From assembly GCA_000182565.2 (NCBI GenBank), contig KQ257468.1: a DNA stretch of 44,171 nucleotides, one strand, 5' to 3'. Of this stretch, positions 37,001-44,171 are shown one piece after another. Made by a program: the position numbers and the translations under genes. Origin of the DNA: Spizellomyces punctatus DAOM BR117. Lineage: Eukaryota. How positions within the stretch are numbered: position 1 is the stretch's first letter; every line of letters starts with the position of its first letter. Under the pieces are notes generated by a model. It made no database searches and was not told where the DNA came from. It saw only the letters and a program-made list of their open reading frames with translations.

Positions 37001-38152
37001 CTATCCCCGCCGGCTTCTTTCAAGGTCCCATCCGTATGGGACCTTTCCCACTGTATCATCTGCTTTTTTGAATTTCGGCTCGACATTTGAAAGTTCCTCG
37101 GGAGATTCATGACGGCGAAGGATTGTCATTGGCGCCATATCGTAACCGATCTTTTGCGCACGCAGGCGATACAAGATAAGTTTGAGGTGGTTCTCAACAC
37201 CACGAAAGTCAAGTAAGCGACTTACCACCGTTTTGGCTCCCGCCCGCACAAGCAGATCGTGCATGCTAGTCTCTGGGTTTGGCAGACTTTCGTTTCGCGA
37301 CCACATGTTGAGCAAATCATCCAGTCCCGGCCTGATATTCTGTGCCACTGAGAATGGAATCCAGACAAATTGGTCGTTAAACTGACGGGAGGTGTTGGCG
37401 CGATGATCCAACCCGAACAGAAAGCCGGCATGGTACGCGCGGCGAGGGTGGGCTCCAGAGCCAATTTCGTAAAGTACGATATCCTCGGAACTCCGTGGAA
37501 GTCGGAAAAAATGATAAGGCAACACGTCCCCTCTTGTTATGAGAAGATGGGTGTACGGCTCGCCGCATTGGGTGAGGGCATGGTCGACAGCGAGCCGGAT
37601 GGCTGTTATCCAGGATCTGAACTGTTCCAGATGGCGAGAGGCAAACTGATTCGCAATGAAACGACCGTCGGATAAGTAAAAGGGTACGACTTCCGGGATA
37701 CCGTGTTCCGCCAACATGGCTTGCGTCTGCGCCATATTCTGTATGTAGGTCCCCAAACCCTTGACTTTGCCGTTCCCAAAGAAAGATTCAAGCACTTGCA
37801 ATGTGACTAGCTCAGAATCAGGTCCGTCATCATCCCAAAAGCGGTGTGGACCAAAGTAGAAAACGTCCATCGATGGTTGTACTGGATCGTCCAAAGCGTA
37901 ACGCCGCCAGAAGGGCGCTGTAGATCGGACTGTTCGAAGGTAGCCAGAGAAAACCAAGGCCACTTTTGAGCACTTATTAGTGCCATATGACTCCGGAGGA
38001 CGACCACCCAATGTGCGGATCGCAGAGTCGAGATGCGACTTGCCTAGGTGCGACGCGGAAAATAGAATCAAGGCCAAACAAACCACTGCCGAGAATCTCC
38101 TGGCAGCTACGAATTTGAGCCGTTGAAGAAGTGCGGTGCGTGTGGCGAGCAT
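37001..38152 (-). CDS. Intronless type II membrane putative glycosyltransferase ('ALxxSGxxR' family), 383 aa
   Basis: Basic N-tail plus TM (RRFSAVVCLALILFSAS). KVALVFSGYLRT, MDVFY, YTHLLITRGDV, FNDQF and NPETSM resemble a family of uncharacterised GT-like proteins from polysaccharide loci. The function is inferred. Confidence 0.65.
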   Translation of the reverse strand: MLATRTALLQRLKFVAARRFSAVVCLALILFSASHLGKSHLDSAIRTLGGRPPESYGTNKCSKVALVFSGYLRTVRSTAPFWRRYALDDPVQPSMDVFYFGPHRFWDDDGPDSELVTLQVLESFFGNGKVKGLGTYIQNMAQTQAMLAEHGIPEVVPFYLSDGRFIANQFASRHLEQFRSWITAIRLAVDHALTQCGEPYTHLLITRGDVLPYHFFRLPRSSEDIVLYEIGSGAHPRRAYHAGFLFGLDHRANTSRQFNDQFVWIPFSVAQNIRPGLDDLLNMWSRNESLPNPETSMHDLLVRAGAKTVVSRLLDFRGVENHLKLILYRLRAQKIGYDMAPMTILRRHESPEELSNVEPKFKKADDTVGKVPYGWDLERSRRG

Positions 38153-38670
38153 GGATCCGTGGGTGGATTGGGACTGGCTTTGCTACGTGTTGATGGGCAG
38201 AAACTGCGTCCTCTCATCCACGCGAAGCGCAGCAGGCCGACGTGTTACCTAATCAAACATTGACAGCCATCAACGCACGACGGAGCATTCGGGGGCCAAT
38301 ACAGCGGCACCTACATAGTTATTAGAGAGGCACCGAGTTGAATTCTGCCATTGAGGTAGAGCTATATAGGATGTGGCGACCAGATGAAATCCAGCCGAGG
38401 AACGGTAATAAGGTCAGAATCACTACGTAGTACACTTCAACAAGAGAAAGACCTAACCAGAGGGGACTTCGCGTTCAGGAGGTCTTTGGTACAGTCAACA
38501 AGCACCATGCAGAAGGGTGGAACCTAAACTCTTCGTCAAACTGTCCACCTCCAAGGAAGTTTGGGGCATTCCACTGAAGTTTTAGTCAACAGGAACTGAG
38601 TGCAACTTCACAACACAACTCTGGTAGTCTCAAGCAGCCTTTATAGGGGTCGCATATGAGGAAGTCTTTT

Positions 38671-39969
38671 CTAATCCTTTATTGAATATGTAATATTACG
38701 CACAGACCGAGTTCTCATAAACCTCCAGTCCTGCAACGACCGCCCAGGGACGCGCCTTCTGTACCTCCTCATGTCCAGCAGCGCTTCTTTTACGGCTTGT
38801 GCATACAGATGGCACATCTCCTCCGTCCCACTAGCGATTAAATCCGCCCCAGGAATCAATAGTTTTCTGGCGTCGCAGTTGTAATGGTAACGAAACCCTG
38901 TCCCATATCGGTTATCGAGATATGGTAGCAGATCGATAACTTTACCACAATGCACGGGTTGACTCTTACGTTCCACTTCCTCTATTGTACATAATGGACC
39001 GAGCAGCCGCGAGGCATTCCCACTAGGAGATGAAGCAAGCGAAGTAGTAGGAATCGGCATCTTCGTATTCCCAACGAGAAAGGAGAGGATCATAATCTCC
39101 CAGGTCTTCGATCATATCCCGTTTGAGCAGCCATCGATGAATGGGGTGTGCGAGCTCGTACACCTCGGTCCTCTTTAACGGTTCGAACACCGGGTCCAAT
39201 TGGCAGTTTCATTGACCAAATGCGGGACCCTATAGGGGATGAGAATGCCAACCCTTGAGCTGTCATGTGTGATCAAATCTTTGAACCAGCTTCTCGGAAA
39301 TTTCACGTCATCATGAACCTCGAGAATCAGTGGTACGATGGCCTTGTGCTGTTCCGGTGTTTTCCGTCAAAAATCTCGTGCATTATTTGTATCTGTGGGA
39401 GGACAATGCCCAGATTGCTGGTGTTGATAATGCGATCACATTGCGGACGAGGGTCAATCCAACCTCGCTCTTCATCAAAGTCGACGTCGTCGACGGCGAG
39501 AAATTTGTGCCAGAAGAGGTCCGGCAGAGCAGACTTGAATTCTGATGAAATGTCTGCATATGGCGCATTGCTGAAAGCACATACGTCCAGTTCTGCGAGC
39601 TCTGTAATGTCCGACGTGGCCAGTGAGGTTAAGGACATCAAGAGTCGACCGTTCACTTAACAACAGTGAAACCTTTAAACGAGGACAAAAAGTCTCCTTT
39701 TAGCCGTGCCATTTGTTGTCATGCGCTGTTTGACTAGTACCAACTTACGGCGATGCGCAATTTGGGAGACATTGGAAGTGGGTATCAATCATATCAATGA
39801 CGGGTAATGCCGCTTTGAACGACCTCCTTGATAAACTCCACCACGGTGTGGACGCTATCAAGCACACAGCGCACAGCAGAGCAATGAATCTCGGAAGCGT
39901 TGCGTGGCGGGGCCCCAAGTACCCGACAACATTATGCATAGAAGGAGCACAGTTGTAGAGTCGTGTCAT
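38671..39969 (-). pseudogene. GT2-like (GT-A) type II membrane glycosyltransferase pseudogene
   Basis: TM FIALLCAVCLIA, then FLAVDDVD, NTSNLGI, ILEVHDDVKFPRSWF and WLLKRDMIEDLGDYDPLLSRWEYEDAD, which are GT2 hallmarks. They lie in different frames, with a stop/frameshift at about 39327 and a TAG at about 39023. Confidence 0.7.
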
Positions 39970-40059
39970 TAGTCTCTTAGGACCGGGGGCCATGGAGAAA
40001 ACATATGTCGCTAGCAGGATGGAGACGTTCACCTCGAAAACGATCGTGTTGGTCCGGCA

Positions 40060-40520
40060 AGACTCGTCGGGAACACTGTGCCCGCCACTTACACAAATGT
40101 TAGAATGGATGAGCCCAAGGAGCATGCCTTTGTTTGCTTACGTTGATGAAGTCGAGCACATCCAGCTTTGAATCCACATACATTGAATCTACGTGCCAGT
40201 CATGCAAATCATATGCCATTGACTATTGACATAATTAGTGAAACTTGCAAGGAACTCATCCGCTGCATTGATCTCCAGTCCCTCGGTAAGTTTTTCCAAC
40301 TCTTCATATACGGCGGTCATTGCATCTACCAATGTACAAGCCTCGGATTGATCACCAGCACATTGGCATTGGCCACTGCATTCCTTTTTTTCCCGAAATA
40401 TTCTGATTTGCATCTGCAATACTTTCCTGGTTTTGCATTGCATACTTTCGAAATATGTCCGGTCCAGGCCCCTCTCGTAAATGACACAGCTGCTTCCATT
40501 TCACTGAATACTCGAAGTAG
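40060..40520 (-). mobile_element. Possible Mutator/MULE transposase fragment
   Basis: EFLASFTNYVNSQW..FNVYG..HSNI resembles the MULE F..YF...W..WNVY....HPNI segment. It lies between the 5' ends of the two GT pseudogenes. Confidence 0.3.
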
Positions 40521-40527
40521 GTCACAG

Positions 40528-41283
40528 GTCACCCAAAAGTCGATCGACGCCATGCACGCTGCTGGTGTAAAACCGCGCCTGGTCCAAATGATTGAGATGA
40601 AGAACCTACACGGAACATCGCCAAACAGCCAAGGGAATGTATGGGATCATCGGGAAAGCAGACAAAGCTCCATATCCGTAAGGTCATTGACTACAAGCGG
40701 ATCATATACCTTGACTCTGAGTAAGTTTTCATGGACGACGTTTTGCGGTGCTTCTGGAACCTGACTTTTGATCATATCCATATACTCTAGCACTATCATC
40801 TTGCGGAATGTGGACTCTCTCTTCTCCCTCCCCAAATACTCACTCTACTTGCCATCCATTATGATGGTCATTGAGCCACATCGGTACCTGTTTTCGAGAC
40901 TCATGGAGGTCGCAGACAAGATGGAGGCCGGGGGTGCTGCCACATATGACATGGATCTTATCAATAATGCCTTTGGAAATGTATCTGGCATGCTCCTAGG
41001 CTCGGTCGAACTTCTCACACAGGATTTGGGGAACCCCACTGAGAAAACACACTGGTTCCCATGGTGGATTGTGGATCAAGTGGTCACCTTCACATACGCA
41101 ATTCACTTTTCTTCTGGCCCCCTTGGTAACCTAAAACCTAGGGCGGCAAACAGGAAAGATATCAACTGGCCTCAAGGACAGCATCCCATGTATCAAAGTG
41201 CTTTTGAGATCTGGTGGGATGTCGCCGAGAAACTTTGCTCACCGAACCGAAGCTTGCGCGGCTGGGCACAGAATGAGTTCTAA
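40528..41283 (+). pseudogene. 5'-truncated, frameshifted paralog of the GT8 gene at 13126
   Basis: Direct similarity to 13517-14288 (VTQKSID.M.AAG..RLV.MIE; WDHRES; GSVELLTQDLGNPT; YAIHFS.GPLGNLKP). The intron sits at the same position (40721-40790). Frameshift near 40660, loss of RAYWLSDKQYT, KPW changed to KPR, and no TM exon. Confidence 0.88.
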
Positions 41284-41820
41284 GGGTCTGAAGGTAAGAG
41301 GCGGAGCAGTAGCGACCCAGTTGCGTTGTTTTCCCCCACAAATAAATTCAGGCGAGTTGACAAGAATATTTGGAGTAGATGTCTTTGCCAACAGCACGTC
41401 TTCAGATATAGTTGTCATGTGTTCTCTCTTTTGGTACATTACAAGTGGACCCTGCACATATTGTTCAACACTGCCTACTAGCTTGGGTCCGTACCGGTAT
41501 TTGACGAGTCTCTTAATACACACCAGATTTGGCTTCCTGCTACTGAAGATACGATGACCTCCCATTTTCGCCATAACATTTTTGAACTGAACTCGAAGGT
41601 GTGTCCCGGCCTTCCAGACCCAACTCTCCTCTCGGGTGCATCTAGTGCATATACACAAGGAACAACGAACTTGCGTTAGTGCAGCCACATAATGTGCAAA
41701 CAGACCCTAATTTAGATAAAAGAGTGCGGCGAACTAGAGAGACTGCTAAGGTTGTTACACACAGATGATATTTATTTTCCCAAGCATTATATCTTCACAC
41801 AATCACAAAGTATGGTACAC

Positions 41821-43122
41821 TCAATAACGGGCACTAATCCAAGTCTTTGCCTCCTTGACAAAAGACCGATGAACCAAGAAAATATCGACCGTGGGATGGG
41901 TGTCGGACCATGCCTTAAACTCCGATGGCCGCACTGCCGGTTCCCCCAAGAAGCTGTTGTACACTTTGCCGGTTTCCGTAGAATCTTTTGCCTTGGCTTC
42001 GTGAGTGAACCAAGACGTCCGAATTTCATAACCGTAGCCATCGAGTAGCGTTAGAATCCCTGTCGGATCATCACCCAAAAGGCGAGCTTGAAGTGAGGGT
42101 ATGTACTCCATCATAATCATGGGCGGTCTGTTATCGGTTGCAAAAAGAGATTTTTCGCCACCCTTCAGCACTTCGCTTTCAAAGCCTTCGACATCCATTT
42201 TCATGACACCAAATTCGCCCGCACGCCGGTCGTCCTGTACAATCCCATCAAGAGTGTGAATGGAAACATCGGCGCGGACGCCGTGCTGGTCGGCTACTGG
42301 CTTCTTGCTGTCCTCGCCGCACTGAAGGATGCCATTTCCATGGTTTTCGTTATGCGAGATGATACGACACTCGTCGGGTTGTGCGCCAAGGCCCATTGCA
42401 TAATAGTCAACATGACGGGCCAAGTCTCGGTTAGCACAGAGAGATCGCCGGATAAGGTACTAGAAACAGCCAAAGTAGAGGGGTCAGCGTTCAATACATT
42501 TTGCTCAAAACTTCAAGCCTGTACATTGGAATTACCTCATTCTGGGGCATCGGTTCAAAAACTGCCACGCGATGCCCGTGCGCAGCAGCCGTGACTGTGT
42601 ACCACCCGACATTGCCTCCAATATCGAGGAACGTTGCTCGATCTTGTCCCCTCACGTCGTTCGCAAGCTTCAGAGCCCAAAGCACTTGTCTTGTTGCTGC
42701 GTGTTCCCACACGCCTGTGCGAATGATGATGGCCGATACGGCATCCATGCCCGTGTCATACAGTGTCAGCTTGTAGGATACCCCATCCAAATCGATGGTC
42801 TTTTCAACGGTCTTGTCGGGAAGCGGGGTCACCGCGGCGGTGCGGCAAAATGCGTTTTGCTCAATGGCTAGGAGCAGAAGAAGGTAAACCATTAATCGAC
42901 TGTTTAACAATGTGAAGAAACAGCGTGGCTGCGCGATCCGCACTTACCTGCACGGGTGCGCCAAGCTATCTTATTTTCATACCAACTTTTAGGCATACCA
43001 AAGCTTGTTCTGGTAATCTCCGTCGGACGACCCCAGGGGACGGAAACGAACAAGAGGAAGGCCACGGCTGCCAGTGCGAACCACATGCGAGGTGAGCGAA
43101 AGTGGTTGCTCGAGAATGCCAT
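41821..43122 (-). CDS. Type II membrane FkbM-family (Methyltransf_21) SAM-dependent methyltransferase
   Basis: TM WFALAAVAFLLFVSV; two introns; GVWE, FLDIGGNVGWYT, VAVFEPMPQN, TLD, MKMDVEGFESEVLKGG and IMMEY. Confidence 0.9.
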
Positions 43123-44171
43123 AGTGAGTAGTGGGTAGTGGGTAAAGAAAAGAGAACCCAAGGTTTTCGGTTGTCAGAAATATTAACTTTTACTGACTGG
43201 TCGTTGGTGCTGTCTGGGCTGGGTAGAAGGATGGCCAGGAATCTTCAGTTTGTTAAAAGACGGGCAAACGCGACTCGCGTCGCGTTACATAATCTCCACT
43301 GGCCCAACCCCGACTCCAGCCCAGTCGCGTTAATCGCCCGTTGAACACTCAACTAGAGCGGACTTTCTAGTAACGCGAGTGTCCCCCCTGGGCCCCCTCG
43401 CCAATATATGCGACACAACTAATGATTACGCTAGCAAAATCCCCACACAGTCAGACATGGAGCACGAAAAATAGCAGGGGTGTTCACCCCCCGGCATTCT
43501 GGGACTGGACAAGGAAGGCGTAATTGCTAGAGGGTGAGCATTCCATAACGAACGTTTCCTTCCCTCCGAAGCTAGTCGTAAGGTAAGAATCAAATCATCT
43601 CGATATGGCATCTGCGACCCTTGAGCCATAGACTGCAACGTGGAGTGTGGCAATCAACCGTTGGGAGAGTTAATACCGTCCGTCAATATCATTCGGGAGG
43701 ACTAACTAGCCTACGAGGGACCAGTCAATATGCCAATCATGTGTTCATCCAAAATGGTTTACCCTATTTGCGGTTGCATTTCGTTAAGGATGGTCAAGTT
43801 CCATGCAGGTGCAAGGGTTCAGCAATGTTTGATGTGTCTTTTATTCAGCTTTTATGCGGGAATAGATGGAGAGGGAAAGGGAGATTTGAGGGATTCGGTG
43901 GAGGAAGGAGTTGTCGTGGCCTTAGCATTTATAACCTGATTTATTCGGGGTGGTTTCCCCACTGCCAAATCTCCAATCTTCCACTCTCAAGCTCCCCACC
44001 CCAGCCGTATCACCATACATGCATCATAAAGCAATATATTTCTCCCAGCTCAAAATCATATACAATAAAGCACGTATAACCACAGAAAACACAAACCACA
44101 TCAACCGAACCACCGAACCTAAATCTCTATTCTACAGCCGCCCTGGACACTGACACCGCCGATCAACTACT

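Noticed and set aside
41239-41688. 149-aa minus-strand ORF
   Set aside because: No ATG start and no recognisable domain; it overlaps the end of the GT8 pseudogene.
43621-44079. Helitron Rep-like motif (IQNGLPYL versus FQxRGLPH)
   Set aside because: The catalytic His residues are absent and no other Rep/helicase motif is present.
291-44153. Most short ORFs in the six-frame track
   Set aside because: They are antisense or out-of-frame shadows of the spliced genes, or exon fragments that run into introns.
1-44171. Prokaryotic operon, CRISPR array, rRNA or tRNA
   Set aside because: Genes are split by GT-AG introns. I saw no regularly spaced repeat-spacer array and no recognisable structural RNA.

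Overview
Eukaryotic genomic DNA with short GT-AG spliceosomal introns (mostly 50-100 nt). The gene content (DUF4139, DUF4436, GNT1-like GT8, Tri101-like acyltransferase, DHA2 MFS) points to a fungus, probably an early-diverging lineage such as a chytrid; this is inference. I reconstructed about 16 intact genes by eye, plus two glycosyltransferase pseudogenes and several decayed transposons. The main signal is a glycan-modification island resembling a bacterial capsule locus. Its core (30554-38152) is five tightly packed genes: an SLC35A-type nucleotide-sugar transporter, a HAD phosphatase fused to a degenerate BcbE-like nucleotidyltransferase, a GDPD/PLC-like phosphodiesterase fused to a 2H phosphoesterase, an intact BcbE-like nucleotidyltransferase, and an intronless type II membrane putative glycosyltransferase. 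Together they suggest a cassette that makes an unusual nucleotide-sugar, imports it into the Golgi and transfers it to a glycan. Around the core are more type II membrane glycan enzymes: two SAM-dependent methyltransferases, a spliced DUF268-fucosyltransferase fusion, a GT8, and GT8 and GT2 pseudogenes. Many of these genes have ACGCGT (MCB-like) boxes near their starts. All family assignments come from motif recognition, not database searches, and exon boundaries are manual predictions.
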